From: an uncultured Bacteroidota bacterium
Lineage (GTDB): Bacteria; Bacteroidota; Bacteroidia; Chitinophagales; Chitinophagaceae
Direction: 5' to 3'
DNA length: 64,000 bases
Assembly (NCBI GenBank): GCA_963796995.1
Contig: CAWCNR010000003.1
Location: 92,171 to 156,170 of the forward strand
The translations under genes were made by a program, and so were the position numbers. Below are positions 1 through 10,485 of the stretch, piece by piece. The notes beneath the pieces were generated by a model, which did no database searches, had not been told where the DNA came from, and saw only the letters and a list, made by a program, of their open reading frames with translations. Position 1 is the stretch's first letter; every line of letters starts with the position of its first letter.

Positions 1-108
1 ATACCTTCATTCTAAAAAGTTTATGAATAATATTTCTTCCGGCTAAAATTCTTGTCGATTGCTTAATCCAGGTTGTACACAACTTGCTATGCGGCAATAA
101 TATTTACA

Positions 109-1839
109 TCATTTTTTTGCAAAGTACCTGTCTCCCAGCATGCGGTCCTCATTATAGATGTCTGTGTAAAAAATAATTTTTCCATTTTTCCCTTCACATG
201 TAAAATAACGAATGAATAAAGGGATCCTGTTTCTTACAGGAATAAAATGCTTTTCTTTTTTTGTCAGCCACTTTTGCACTGAATCTGTTTTTGTAAAGGA
301 ATTACCCCCCAGTGATTTTACATACATGCTATCATTGTTGAGAATATAGTCGCTTAGTTTCTGCCACTGCTGCACACGTACGCAGCCATGACTCAGAGCC
401 CGCATGGATTGCGCAAACAGGTATCGTTGATTTGTGTCATGCAGATAAACTGCATACTTATTGAAAAAATTAAATTTCATTACCCCTAATGCATTATCGT
501 CACCGCTACCTTGTACTATTCTGTAAGGAATTCCTTTTTTGTATTTGGACCAGTCTACAAAGTAGGGATCCACTTCTTTGTTTTTTTCATCAAGCAAACT
601 AAAACCCTTTTTTGCCAGGTAGCCCGGATCTTTTTTTAATGCCGGTAAAAATTCTTTTACAATGATACTTTGCGGCACGCTCCATTGCGGATAGGTAACC
701 AGTTGACTAATGGAACTGGTTAATTCGGGTGTACGTGTCAATGGCTTTCCGATCACAACCTTTGAGTGAATCATTTCTGTATCATTCACCATTAATTCCA
801 TATAATAACCCGGCAGGTTTACCCACACATATTTATCAGGCATCTTAGCCGGCAACATTTTATACTTATCAAGGGTTAATGCAATCCGGATAAATTTTTC
901 TTTGTCTGTAAGATTGAGTGAGCGAATTGTTTCTTCACCCGCCTTACCATCTACCGTCAATTTATTTTCTTCCTGGTATTTTTTTACAGCCTTTGCAATT
1001 TTTGCTTTATTAAAAGAAGTATCAACGGAATCGATCAACCCTCCTTCAAATAATCTTTGCTGGAGAGCAATTTTAAACTTTGCAGTATCATAAACAGGGT
1101 AAGGGACATATGTGTAATCTTTAAAAGTCGCACTGTCCAAAAAACCGTTTATTGCGTTTTTTAATTCATGATAGCCAGTGGCAGTTGGCTGCAATGAATC
1201 AATAACATCAGTTATTGTATTTGACTGGACAATTTTATTTACTTGTTCCTCAAAAAAATCTTTTGTAAGGGTTGAATCCGTACGAAGGGTCATACTGTCC
1301 CGTTGCAGCCGTCCCATTTTCACATCATTGATGATCTGGAGCAATGCATCGGTAAGAAGCACATCTGCTTTTGACCAAAGAACAGCATCTTTTCTTTCCC
1401 CACCAGAGTCCGAAACTTTTTCATCAATAAAAGAAATATTGCTGTAATGATAGTCTTCGGGAAATAATCCATATAAGCGGGAATCACGAATAAACTTTAT
1501 CAACGCTGCACCGGCAGGTGTCCAGCTTGTATCCCTGCTCCACCTTGCTTCATCGTTGTCGTTATCATACAAATATTGAAGAATATCGGGCTGCAAAACA
1601 GAGATTGAATCCAGTTTGCCCGCATTATCAGCTATCTGCTGCACTACCTTTTTAATGATGCCGGGTACTATTTCATTCATCTGCTGAGGTGTACTCACTA
1701 ACTCATGCTGCGGAGGTTTTGTTTTGGTTCTGCACGAATAGCAAAGGCCAAGTAAAACAAGCATGATAAATAAAATTGCTCCTCTCTCAAAAGTCCTGTT
1801 AAAAAGAAACTCTTTGTAGCGTTTTGTATTTAATTTCAT
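109..1839 (-). CDS. L,D-transpeptidase family protein (YcbB-like)
   Basis: ORF 109..1884. C-terminal YkuD-type catalytic motif (..ALSHGCVRV..). N-terminal hydrophobic anchor. Start moved to the internal ATG at 1837..1839 (MKLNTK..), which removes the overlap with the divergent gene. Confidence 0.8.
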   Translation of the reverse strand: MKLNTKRYKEFLFNRTFERGAILFIMLVLLGLCYSCRTKTKPPQHELVSTPQQMNEIVPGIIKKVVQQIADNAGKLDSISVLQPDILQYLYDNDNDEARWSRDTSWTPAGAALIKFIRDSRLYGLFPEDYHYSNISFIDEKVSDSGGERKDAVLWSKADVLLTDALLQIINDVKMGRLQRDSMTLRTDSTLTKDFFEEQVNKIVQSNTITDVIDSLQPTATGYHELKNAINGFLDSATFKDYTYVPYPVYDTAKFKIALQQRLFEGGLIDSVDTSFNKAKIAKAVKKYQEENKLTVDGKAGEETIRSLNLTDKEKFIRIALTLDKYKMLPAKMPDKYVWVNLPGYYMELMVNDTEMIHSKVVIGKPLTRTPELTSSISQLVTYPQWSVPQSIIVKEFLPALKKDPGYLAKKGFSLLDEKNKEVDPYFVDWSKYKKGIPYRIVQGSGDDNALGVMKFNFFNKYAVYLHDTNQRYLFAQSMRALSHGCVRVQQWQKLSDYILNNDSMYVKSLGGNSFTKTDSVQKWLTKKEKHFIPVRNRIPLFIRYFTCEGKNGKIIFYTDIYNEDRMLGDRYFAKK

Positions 1840-1870
1840 CCGAATAAAAGCTTCTAAACCCACCAAAATA

Positions 1871-2569
1871 ATGAATCGTTTCAATATTCAAATAATTATT
1901 CCATTCATTTTTTTAATAACGCCAATATTAAGTTTATATGCTCAAAAAGATTTAAAAGTGATAAAAAAATATTCTGAGTATACACAATCGGTTAAAGCTG
2001 ACAGCATGAAAACAATGGCAGAAGTAAAAACAAGGATACCCGATATTAAATATGATCTCCGGTATGCGACTACTAACAATTTTATGCACAAAAAATTATA
2101 CGCACAGGGTAAAACAACTTTTTTACGGCTGCCGGTAGTGAAAGCTCTTGCTAAAGTGGAACAGGAGTTAAATACAGAAAAATTATCATTAAAAATTTGG
2201 GATGCATACAGGCCTTATAGCGTGACTGTGCAAATGTGGAATTTAATAAAAGATGATCGCTACGTTGCTGATCCGAAAAATGGCAGCGGGCATAATAAAG
2301 GCATTGCAGTCGATCTTACCATTATAAATAAAACAACCGGAGTTGAATTGGAAATGGGCACCGGCTTTGATAATTTTTCCGATACGGCTCATGCAGATTT
2401 CAAAAATCTTTCAGAAGAAGAATTAAAAAACAGGACTCTGCTAAAAAACGTTATGGAAAAATATGGTTTCAGGCAATTGGAAACAGAATGGTGGCACTTT
2501 TACTGGAACCAACCTGACTTTGAAGTATTGGATATAGATTTTGGAAAATTTAAAAAAAATATTAACTAA
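1871..2569 (+). CDS. M15 family D-Ala-D-Ala dipeptidase/carboxypeptidase (VanX/DdpX-like) with signal peptide
   Basis: Zn-peptidase motifs SGHNKGIAVD and ETEWWHF. N-terminus IIIPFIFLITPILSLYAQ looks like a cleavable signal peptide. Confidence 0.75.
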   Translation: MNRFNIQIIIPFIFLITPILSLYAQKDLKVIKKYSEYTQSVKADSMKTMAEVKTRIPDIKYDLRYATTNNFMHKKLYAQGKTTFLRLPVVKALAKVEQELNTEKLSLKIWDAYRPYSVTVQMWNLIKDDRYVADPKNGSGHNKGIAVDLTIINKTTGVELEMGTGFDNFSDTAHADFKNLSEEELKNRTLLKNVMEKYGFRQLETEWWHFYWNQPDFEVLDIDFGKFKKNIN

Positions 2570-2652
2570 CTCCATTTAAAAATTTAATACCGCAGATTGG
2601 CGATTTACTTTTTACTATTCACTATATTCGCCGCCTAAAGTTCTTTGCGAAC

Positions 2653-3582
2653 ATGATCAACAGGCGAAATATCCGGGTAAAAGTGATGCAAACTCTGTAT
2701 ACCACGGCAGCTCTCGAAAATGAAATCAAACCCGGTGAAGCAATAAAAATTTTACAAAGACATTTCGAGCAAACAAGACAACTGTTCATCTATCTCATCT
2801 TTTTTTTATCAGAAGTAGGACGCTATGCTGAAACAGATGCACAAACCCGCGGAGCCAAGCATTTGCCCAGCTATGCGGATCTTCACGTAAACACCAAATT
2901 AGCCGGCAATGAAATCTTATTAAAGATCAATAGAGATCCTTCTTTCAACGAATTTCTGAAAAAGGACAAACCAGAGCAATTCCTGGATAAAGAATTAGTA
3001 AGAAAAATCTATCATGAATTTGCGGAGACAAAGGAACACGGGAATTATATTGCGCATGCAGGCAGGGAAAAAAAAGAAGAAAAAGATATCCTGGAATTTA
3101 TTCTTGAAAAATTTCTGCTTGGCAAAGAAGTCTTTTTGTCACATGTAGAAGAAAATTTCAGCAACTGGGACGATGACGGTGAAATGATAATACAGTTGCT
3201 GGTGAATTATCTTCAAAAACCGGGCAGCTACGATTTTAAAGAAATGATCAGTCCGGAGAAATGGGAATTTGCCAAAATTCTTTTAGAAACAGTTTTAGAA
3301 AAATCTGCACACCTTGAAAGTTTTGTAATTCCCAAGCTTAAAAACTGGGATCCCGAACGTATTGCTTTGCTGGATATGATTTTGATGAAAATGGGAGTAG
3401 CGGAATTTTTATATTTTGAAACCATTCCGCCAAAAGTTACCATTAATGAATATATAGACCTGGCCAAAGAATACAGTACATCTCAAAGCGGCCAGTTTGT
3501 AAACGGAATTCTCGATAATATTCACAAAGAACTGGTTCAGGAAGGAAAAATGCATAAAGTGGATTTCAGGAAAACCAATTAG
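2653..3582 (+). CDS. nusB: transcription antitermination factor NusB (long Bacteroidota form)
   Basis: N-terminus MINRRNIRVKVMQTLY and C-terminal NusB fold signature (..INEYIDLAKEYST..SGQFVNGILD). Confidence 0.85.
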   Translation: MINRRNIRVKVMQTLYTTAALENEIKPGEAIKILQRHFEQTRQLFIYLIFFLSEVGRYAETDAQTRGAKHLPSYADLHVNTKLAGNEILLKINRDPSFNEFLKKDKPEQFLDKELVRKIYHEFAETKEHGNYIAHAGREKKEEKDILEFILEKFLLGKEVFLSHVEENFSNWDDDGEMIIQLLVNYLQKPGSYDFKEMISPEKWEFAKILLETVLEKSAHLESFVIPKLKNWDPERIALLDMILMKMGVAEFLYFETIPPKVTINEYIDLAKEYSTSQSGQFVNGILDNIHKELVQEGKMHKVDFRKTN

Positions 3583-3639
3583 GATGGTTTTTTCTTCCGC
3601 CGGTAAATACATTTAATCTGTCAATAAAGGGAAACCGAC

Positions 3640-3647
3640 TACCTTTG
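3640..3647 (+). promoter_or_regulatory. candidate Bacteroidota -7 promoter box (TAnnTTTG)
   Basis: TACCTTTG lies 24 nt upstream of the ATG at 3671. Confidence 0.3.
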
Positions 3648-3670
3648 CATCTCTCAAAAATGAAGGAACA

Positions 3671-4105
3671 ATGAAGAAATTACTTGGAGTATTGACGATT
3701 GCAGCAGCACTTATTGCCTGCCAGGTAAGAACATCGAAAACTGCCGGCGAGCAACCTGTTGACCCCGCTACGGATTCAACCAACTTTACCACTATTCAAT
3801 GGATCGATTCAACCTACCAGGATCTTGGAACGGTGAAAGAAGGTCCGGAAGTTGAAATAGCTTATAAGTTCAAAAACACAGGAGATAAAAATTTAGTTAT
3901 TGAGAATGTTACCGCCGGCTGTGGATGTACCATTGTAGAAAAACCAAAGGAGCCTTATACGCCCGGTCAAATTGGAACAATCAAAGCTAAATTCACTACG
4001 CAGGGGCACACGGGAATGAATGATAAATCCATTTATGTAACGGCAAATACTAAAAGCGGCACTCATAAAGAATTAAAATTTCGAATTGTTGTGGAGAAAA
4101 GTTAA
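3671..4105 (+). CDS. DUF1573 domain lipoprotein
   Basis: Signal/lipobox (..AALIAC) and the characteristic ..NVTAGCGCT.. motif. Confidence 0.7.
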   Translation: MKKLLGVLTIAAALIACQVRTSKTAGEQPVDPATDSTNFTTIQWIDSTYQDLGTVKEGPEVEIAYKFKNTGDKNLVIENVTAGCGCTIVEKPKEPYTPGQIGTIKAKFTTQGHTGMNDKSIYVTANTKSGTHKELKFRIVVEKS

Positions 4106-4154
4106 ATAACAAATATTCACTTATAAAGAATGGCGTCACTTAAATCAAATTAAA

Positions 4155-4547
4155 ATGAAATCAAAATTTTATTATCTCACTATTATTCTTACATCATTAG
4201 CATTTACTGCATGCGTAGACCAGAATGCATCAGGCGGGCAAGGAAAAGGCTCAGCGGGTTTGGGGCCATTGATATTTTTACCGTTGATGATCCTTGTTTT
4301 CTGGTTATTTTTTATAAGGCCGCAGGCAAAGAAAGCCAAGAATCAAAAAAGCTTTGTAGAAGGTTTACAAAAGGGTGACAAAATAGTAACTATTGCAGGG
4401 ATTCATGGCACTATCAATAAAGTAAATGAAGATGGAACCGTGAACCTTGAAGTAAGCCCTGGTAGCTATATTAAGATTGAAAAGAATGCCATTAGTATGG
4501 AATGGAGCAACCAGTTAAATAAAACCGGAACTGCAGAAAAAAAATAG
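4155..4547 (+). CDS. yajC: preprotein translocase subunit YajC
   Basis: TM segment followed by ..FFIRPQAKKAK..GDKIVTIAGIHG.. which is typical of YajC. Confidence 0.8.
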   Translation: MKSKFYYLTIILTSLAFTACVDQNASGGQGKGSAGLGPLIFLPLMILVFWLFFIRPQAKKAKNQKSFVEGLQKGDKIVTIAGIHGTINKVNEDGTVNLEVSPGSYIKIEKNAISMEWSNQLNKTGTAEKK

Positions 4548-4675
4548 AACTGAACCACGATTCATAGGATCTTATAAATTAAGAGGAAATTGAAAAAATT
4601 TTCTCTTTTTTATTAGCATGTCTAAACAAAAGTAATCTTCATATCTTTCCTTTCAATCCTTTCAATCATTTAATC

Positions 4676-5284
4676 ATGGTTCTAAAAATAGGATTAACAG
4701 GCGGCATAGGCAGCGGCAAAACAACGGTAGCTAAAATTTTTGAAGTGCTTGGTATACCGGTTTATTATGCTGATGAAGGCGCTAAACGACTCATGAATGA
4801 AGATGAGAATCTGAAAGCCGCTATTCAAAAACGATTTGGCGAAGACTCGTATAAAAATAATGAACTGAACAGAAGCTATCTCGCAAAAAAAGTTTTCAAT
4901 GACCCATTGCAATTAGAAATTTTGAATTCTTTAGTTCATCCTGCCACAATTAGTGACGCGACCGCCTGGATGAATGCGCAACAAACGCTCTATACTATTA
5001 AAGAGGCAGCGTTGATCTTTGAGTCCGGATCTGCAGAACAATTAGATTACGTTATCGGAGTGTATGCACCACTTCAGTTAAGAATAAAAAGAACGATGGA
5101 ACGGGATAAATTAACTTATGATGAAACGGTGAAAAGAATGAGTAACCAGCTTGATGAAAATATAAAAATGAAGCTTTGTGATTTTGTCCTCACCAACGAT
5201 GAGCAGCAATTACTGATACCGCAGGTTATTAAACTTCATCGACGGTTCCTGGAAATGGCAGAGGAAAAAAAAAATCTACTTTAA
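4676..5284 (+). CDS. coaE: dephospho-CoA kinase
   Basis: P-loop IGLTGGIGSGKTT at the N-terminus. The ~200 aa length fits. Confidence 0.85.
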   Translation: MVLKIGLTGGIGSGKTTVAKIFEVLGIPVYYADEGAKRLMNEDENLKAAIQKRFGEDSYKNNELNRSYLAKKVFNDPLQLEILNSLVHPATISDATAWMNAQQTLYTIKEAALIFESGSAEQLDYVIGVYAPLQLRIKRTMERDKLTYDETVKRMSNQLDENIKMKLCDFVLTNDEQQLLIPQVIKLHRRFLEMAEEKKNLL

Positions 5285-6466
5285 TTTTGCAAGCGCCGTT
5301 TTTATTCTTTTAAATCCTTCTTCAATCTTATCCAATCCGTTGGCAAAAGAAATGCGAATGCAATTATCATCGCCAAAAGCATTCCCCGCGACAGTGGATA
5401 CATGAGCTTTATTAAGCAGGTACATGCTCATGTCCGAAGAGGAGCGAATTGCATTCTCTCCATCTGTTTTTCCAAAAAAGGATTTTATTACCGGAAAAAT
5501 ATAAAAAGCACCATCGGGTGTTGCGCATTCAATGCCGGGAATTTCTTTTATTAACTCCATGACTCTTTTCCGGCGCTTTTCAAATTGTTCCACCATTTCT
5601 TTAGTTGGTCGCAGGTCTGAAAGTAAAGCAGTGATTGCGGCACGTTGGGTGATGGCATTAGCGCCGCTTGTAAATTGTCCCTGTAATTTTTCGCAGGCTT
5701 TTGCAACCTCGGCATTCGCAGCTATATAACCAAGCCGGTAACCCGTCATTGCATATCCTTTACTTAAGCCATTAATGATGATCACCCGATCTTTTACATT
5801 GTCAAACTGAGCAATGCTTTCATGTTTGCCAATAAAATTTATATACTCATAAATTTCGTCTGATATAACAAAAATTTTCGAATGTCTTTCAAAAACATCA
5901 GCCAAAGCTTTTAATTCCTCTTTGGTATAAACCGTACCGGTAGGATTACAAGGAGAGGAAAAAATAAAAAGTTTGCTGTGTTCAGTTATATTTTTTTCAA
6001 GTTCTTCCGGCGTTATTTTATAACCGTTATTAACAGAAGTTTTTATTAATACCGGCGTAGCTTCTCCCAATCTTACAATTTCAGAATAAGTGACCCAGTA
6101 AGGGGTAGGAATAATAACTTCATCACCCTTATCAACAATAGCAAGCACCGTATTGGCCAGGCTTTGTTTGGCGCCTGTAGATACCACAATGTTTTCGGGT
6201 TTATAATCAAGATTATTATCTCTCTTTAATTTTTTACAAATTGCTTCACGAAGGTCGGGATAGCCCGCAACAGGAGGATAATGACTCCAGTTATCGTCAA
6301 TTGCTTTTTTTGCCGCTTCTTTTATATGTTCAGGTGTATTAAAATCAGGTTCACCCAAACTAAGGTCAATGATGTCAATTCCATTCGCCCTTAACTCACG
6401 ACCCAGTTTGGCCATTTTTAAAGTTTCAGGTTCATTGAATCGTTTCAAACGTGGTGATAGCTCCAT
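5276..6466 (-). CDS. PLP-dependent aminotransferase class I/II (aspartate aminotransferase-like)
   Basis: 396 aa. Has ..SSPCNPTG.. and the lysine motif ..GLSKGYAMTGYRLGY... Confidence 0.85.
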   Translation of the reverse strand: MELSPRLKRFNEPETLKMAKLGRELRANGIDIIDLSLGEPDFNTPEHIKEAAKKAIDDNWSHYPPVAGYPDLREAICKKLKRDNNLDYKPENIVVSTGAKQSLANTVLAIVDKGDEVIIPTPYWVTYSEIVRLGEATPVLIKTSVNNGYKITPEELEKNITEHSKLFIFSSPCNPTGTVYTKEELKALADVFERHSKIFVISDEIYEYINFIGKHESIAQFDNVKDRVIIINGLSKGYAMTGYRLGYIAANAEVAKACEKLQGQFTSGANAITQRAAITALLSDLRPTKEMVEQFEKRRKRVMELIKEIPGIECATPDGAFYIFPVIKSFFGKTDGENAIRSSSDMSMYLLNKAHVSTVAGNAFGDDNCIRISFANGLDKIEEGFKRIKTALAKLK

Positions 6467-6778
6467 GGATAAACAATTTCGCCCGCAAATGTAAAGGAAA
6501 GCAACGAGGTAAAAACTTCGATTTATTCACTCCATGATGGATCATCCCTATATCAAAGGATTAAAAACTATAGAGTGAGAAAGAAGATAAAAGCAGTTTT
6601 TGTCCAGAAGATATTGTCATAATTTAAAGACGGAAATTGCAGACAATATATCAGTAAGACGGTACAATAAAACAACAATCAAAATTCTATTTTCATCCCC
6701 TCTACCTATTTGCCTCGGAGAGGTTATTGACCAGTTAAAAAACGCAGAACTATAAGGCTTTTTGACACCCGAAAACCC

Positions 6779-6786
6779 TATCTTTG
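6779..6786 (+). promoter_or_regulatory. candidate Bacteroidota -7 promoter box (TAnnTTTG)
   Basis: TATCTTTG upstream of secDF, with a TTG at 6762..6764 as a possible -33 element. Confidence 0.3.
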
Positions 6787-6863
6787 CACCTCTCTAAAAA
6801 AAACCATAAACACCTCATCCGCAAATGATAAAGCGGAAGGCAAAAATATAAATTCAAATTCGT

Positions 6864-9800
6864 ATGCAACTGAAAGGTTTGGTTCGCTTCTTTACGATTG
6901 TTCTCATACTCGTTTCTGTTTACATGCTTTCTTTTACATGGTTCGTGCGTAGCCATGAAAATAAATTAGAGTCCCGTGCAAAAAGATACGTAACTGCTTT
7001 ATATCCCCAGGCAAGAGGCGTTAAAAATCCCGAAGACTATCCCGATACAATTAAGGCTGCTTATGATGCACGTCTGAGGCGTTTGGAAGACAGTACCAAA
7101 GATGTTGTATTGACTTACGGCCTTAACGGACCAATCACTTATCAAAAAGCAAAAGAAAGCGAATTGAATCTTGGTCTGGATCTGCAGGGAGGAATGAACG
7201 TAACTCTGGAAGTTGAGTTGACCGGATTATTAAAATCTATGTCAAACAATTCAACTGACCCCACTTTCTTAAAAGCATTGGACAACGCCAATCAAAGGAA
7301 GGCAAATAGCAGCGCCGATTTCATCACCCTTTTTTATGAAGAATATCAGAAACTAAGTCCAAATGGAAGACTTGCATCCATTTTCGCAACGGCCGGGCAG
7401 GACAAAATAAAAATCACTTCCAGCAACTCAGAAGTAATTTCTGATATAAGGAGCGAAGCAAATGATGCCTTCAATCGCACCTACAAAATATTGTCCACAC
7501 GTATTGACCAATTTGGCGTAGCTCAACCCAACATCAGTCCGGATCCCGATCGCAAAATTATAAATGTTGAATTGCCGGGTGTTCGTGATAGAGCCAGGGT
7601 TAGAAAATACCTCCAGTCAACCGCTAACCTGCAATTTTGGCTGACCTACAAACCGGATGAAATTGCGAAAGCATTTGATGAAGCCAACAAAGATTTTGAT
7701 AACTATATTAAAGGAATTGACACCACAAAAATAGATACTACAAAAGGTAGTGTTTCAAGCGACACAACCAATAAGGCCGCTGTCAATAACCAGTTAACCA
7801 ATGGAAGGAAAAGATCTCTCACTGAATTTATCACGCCTACAAGAGCTAACGGTATCGGACTGGTAAAAGTAAATGATACTGCGCTTGTACGGGAATATCT
7901 CGAATCTCCGCAGCTTAGAAAATATTTTCCACCGGATGCCTGGTTCGCTTATGGAATTCCTGAAAATAAAAATGGAAAAGTCAGTACTTCGGTTCCGTTG
8001 TATGTAATAAAAACCAATGGAAAACAAAAAGCACCTATTGAGGGAGAAGTCATCACTGACGCAAGGCAGGGATTTGAACAGACTACCAGCAAACCAAATG
8101 TGAGCATGACGATGAACAGTTCCGGCTCCAGGGACTGGGAAAGGCTTACAGAGACAAGTTTTAAAGAAACTAGGCCGATAGCCGTAGTACTTGACAATAT
8201 TGTTTATTCAGCGCCGGTTGCTTACAATGGTAAAATATCCGGTGGCAACACTGAAATCAATGGTAATTTCTCACTTGAAGAAGCACAGGATCTTGCCAAT
8301 ATTTTAAAAATCGGTAAACTCCCCGCTCCCGCAAAAATAGTTCAGGAGCAGGTTGTAGGTCCTACTCTTGGTAAAGATGCAATCAATGGTGGTTTGAAAG
8401 CATTTGGCCTTTCTTTTGTCGTTATCTTTTTATTGATGTTGGTTTACTACAACAGTGCCGGTTGGGTTGCCAACATTGCCTTAATATTAAATTTACTTTT
8501 TACCGTTGGAGTGTTGACAGCATTAGGTGCTACTCTTACAGCACCGGGTATAGCGGGTCTTGTGCTTACTATTGGTATGGCTGTAGATACCAACGTAATT
8601 ATTTATGAACGAATAAAAGAAGAATTATCAAGGGGCAAAGGATATATACCTGCTGTGAACGAAGGTTACCGGCGTTCATTGCCGCCGGTTTTAGATGCCC
8701 ACGTTACAGTTTTACTTACGGCAATTATTCTTTTCTCATTTGGATTAGGACCTGTGAAAGGTTTTGCCACTACCCAGATTCTCGGTATTCTCTTGTCCTT
8801 ATTCTGCGGAATATTAGTGAGCAGGTGGGTGACTGACTGGTTCACGAGCAAGAAACGTCACCTGCAATATTTTACCGGTGTAAGTAAACGCATTTTCCAA
8901 CATGCCAATATTAAGTTTATTGAATACAGGAAAATTGCATACGGCATTTCGGTAATCGTGTTAGTTCTTGGAATCAGTTCTTTCTTCCATGGTTTTGATG
9001 AAGGAGTTGAATTTAAAGGAGGAAGAAGTTTCCAGATCCGTTTCGCTGACAAGGCGCCTGTTGAACAGATCCGTAACGAACTGAAAGTTAACCTGGGAGA
9101 ATCTCCTACTATAAAAACAGTAGGTAATGATCGAACTCTTGATATTACAACCTCTTATCTTATTGACGATACAAGAAGCAATGTTGACTCACTAGTCGAA
9201 GTGCAACTTTACCAGGGATTAAAGAAATATCTTCCTGCGGGGTTAAGCTATACCCAGTTTGATACAAATAATAAAATAGGTTCCAAGAAAGTGTTACCAA
9301 CCATTTCTGATGATTTAAAGAAGGGGGCAGAAAGGGCGACCATTTTTGCATTATTAATTATCACCTTATATATTTTCATTCGCTTCCGTGATTGGAGATA
9401 TTCTCTTGGAACCATCGTGGCCCTGTTGCATGACGTATTAGTTACACTTGCGGTTTTTTCTTTTGCACGAAGTATTGTTCCTTTCCCGATGGAAATAGAC
9501 CAACATTTTATAGCGGCAGTATTAACCGTGATCGGCTTTTCGATGAATGATACAGTAATTGTGTTTGACCGTATTCGGGAATATGCCCGGGAAATGAAAG
9601 GTGCTACAAAGGAATCGATTATTAATAGTGCTATCAACCATACATTGAGCCGCACAATTATGACATCTCTTACGGTGTTCCTTACTATTCTAATCTTATT
9701 CTTAGTGGGAGGAGAAGTAACACGAGGATTTGCATTTGCAATGTTGGTCGGTGTTATCACAGGAACTTACTCTTCGGTATTTGTGGCAGCCCCTATTTTA

Positions 9801-9905
9801 GTGGACCTTGCAAGGAGGAAACCCCTGGGTAAAGCAGACACTGTAATAGAAGTTAAGCCAAAACCTTCGGCAAAACCTGCTTCGAAGCCAGCCCCTGCGA
9901 AGTAG
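6864..9905 (+). CDS. secDF: protein translocase subunit SecDF (fused)
   Basis: 1013 aa with two sets of six TM helices, and SecD then SecF signatures (..GLDLQGG.., ..FKGGRSF..). Confidence 0.9.
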   Translation: MQLKGLVRFFTIVLILVSVYMLSFTWFVRSHENKLESRAKRYVTALYPQARGVKNPEDYPDTIKAAYDARLRRLEDSTKDVVLTYGLNGPITYQKAKESELNLGLDLQGGMNVTLEVELTGLLKSMSNNSTDPTFLKALDNANQRKANSSADFITLFYEEYQKLSPNGRLASIFATAGQDKIKITSSNSEVISDIRSEANDAFNRTYKILSTRIDQFGVAQPNISPDPDRKIINVELPGVRDRARVRKYLQSTANLQFWLTYKPDEIAKAFDEANKDFDNYIKGIDTTKIDTTKGSVSSDTTNKAAVNNQLTNGRKRSLTEFITPTRANGIGLVKVNDTALVREYLESPQLRKYFPPDAWFAYGIPENKNGKVSTSVPLYVIKTNGKQKAPIEGEVITDARQGFEQTTSKPNVSMTMNSSGSRDWERLTETSFKETRPIAVVLDNIVYSAPVAYNGKISGGNTEINGNFSLEEAQDLANILKIGKLPAPAKIVQEQVVGPTLGKDAINGGLKAFGLSFVVIFLLMLVYYNSAGWVANIALILNLLFTVGVLTALGATLTAPGIAGLVLTIGMAVDTNVIIYERIKEELSRGKGYIPAVNEGYRRSLPPVLDAHVTVLLTAIILFSFGLGPVKGFATTQILGILLSLFCGILVSRWVTDWFTSKKRHLQYFTGVSKRIFQHANIKFIEYRKIAYGISVIVLVLGISSFFHGFDEGVEFKGGRSFQIRFADKAPVEQIRNELKVNLGESPTIKTVGNDRTLDITTSYLIDDTRSNVDSLVEVQLYQGLKKYLPAGLSYTQFDTNNKIGSKKVLPTISDDLKKGAERATIFALLIITLYIFIRFRDWRYSLGTIVALLHDVLVTLAVFSFARSIVPFPMEIDQHFIAAVLTVIGFSMNDTVIVFDRIREYAREMKGATKESIINSAINHTLSRTIMTSLTVFLTILILFLVGGEVTRGFAFAMLVGVITGTYSSVFVAAPILVDLARRKPLGKADTVIEVKPKPSAKPASKPAPAK

Positions 9906-9946
9906 CGCTGAACCGCTATTCGATAGAAAAAGTTTTTATAGAAAAT

Positions 9947-9977
9947 AAAATGCATCCGATTAGGGATGCATTTTTTA
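9947..9977 (+). terminator. rho-independent terminator after secDF
   Basis: ATGCATCC / GGATGCAT stem (9950..9957 and 9964..9971) followed by a T-run. Confidence 0.7.
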
Positions 9978-10045
9978 TATGAATTAAATATTTTTTAATT
10001 CCCCCATTCGCCTTTTGCAATCCAACCTATCTATGCAGAGTTGGC

Positions 10046-10390
10046 TCACACAGCGAAACTTGTTCCGCATCCGCAAGTTTTACTTGCATTTGGGTTTTTA
10101 AAAGTAAATCCGCGGTTGTTTAAACCATCCAACCAATCTATCTCCATCCCGTATAAATAAATTTCATGTGCCTTGTTCATGATACACTGTATATCATTTG
10201 CCATAAACTGTGTATCATTTTCCTGTTTATGATCAAATTCTAAAATGTAAGTCATGCCTGAGCATCCGCCGCCCTTCACCCCTACTCTTAATAATTGATT
10301 TGCATCAAAGCCCGGTTCCGACATCAATTTGTGTATCTGTTTTATCGCACCTTCAGAAAAATTAACAGGCGCCGTTGTTATCGTTTCCAT
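10046..10390 (-). CDS. iron-sulfur cluster insertion/assembly accessory protein (HesB/IscA/ErpA family)
   Basis: 114 aa with ..GGGCSG.. and the C-terminal ..CGCGTSF.. motif. Confidence 0.8.
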   Translation of the reverse strand: METITTAPVNFSEGAIKQIHKLMSEPGFDANQLLRVGVKGGGCSGMTYILEFDHKQENDTQFMANDIQCIMNKAHEIYLYGMEIDWLDGLNNRGFTFKNPNASKTCGCGTSFAV

Positions 10391-10485
10391 TTTGCAAATT
10401 TACGCCATTGAAAAAGCAGTTCAAAGATTAATCTCAAACCAAACATAAACGTTATATCTTACTTTTGGTATTAAATCAACTCTGC

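Noticed and set aside
9248-9760. 170 aa minus-strand ORF
   Set aside because: Antisense to SecDF. Its composition is typical of a shadow ORF.
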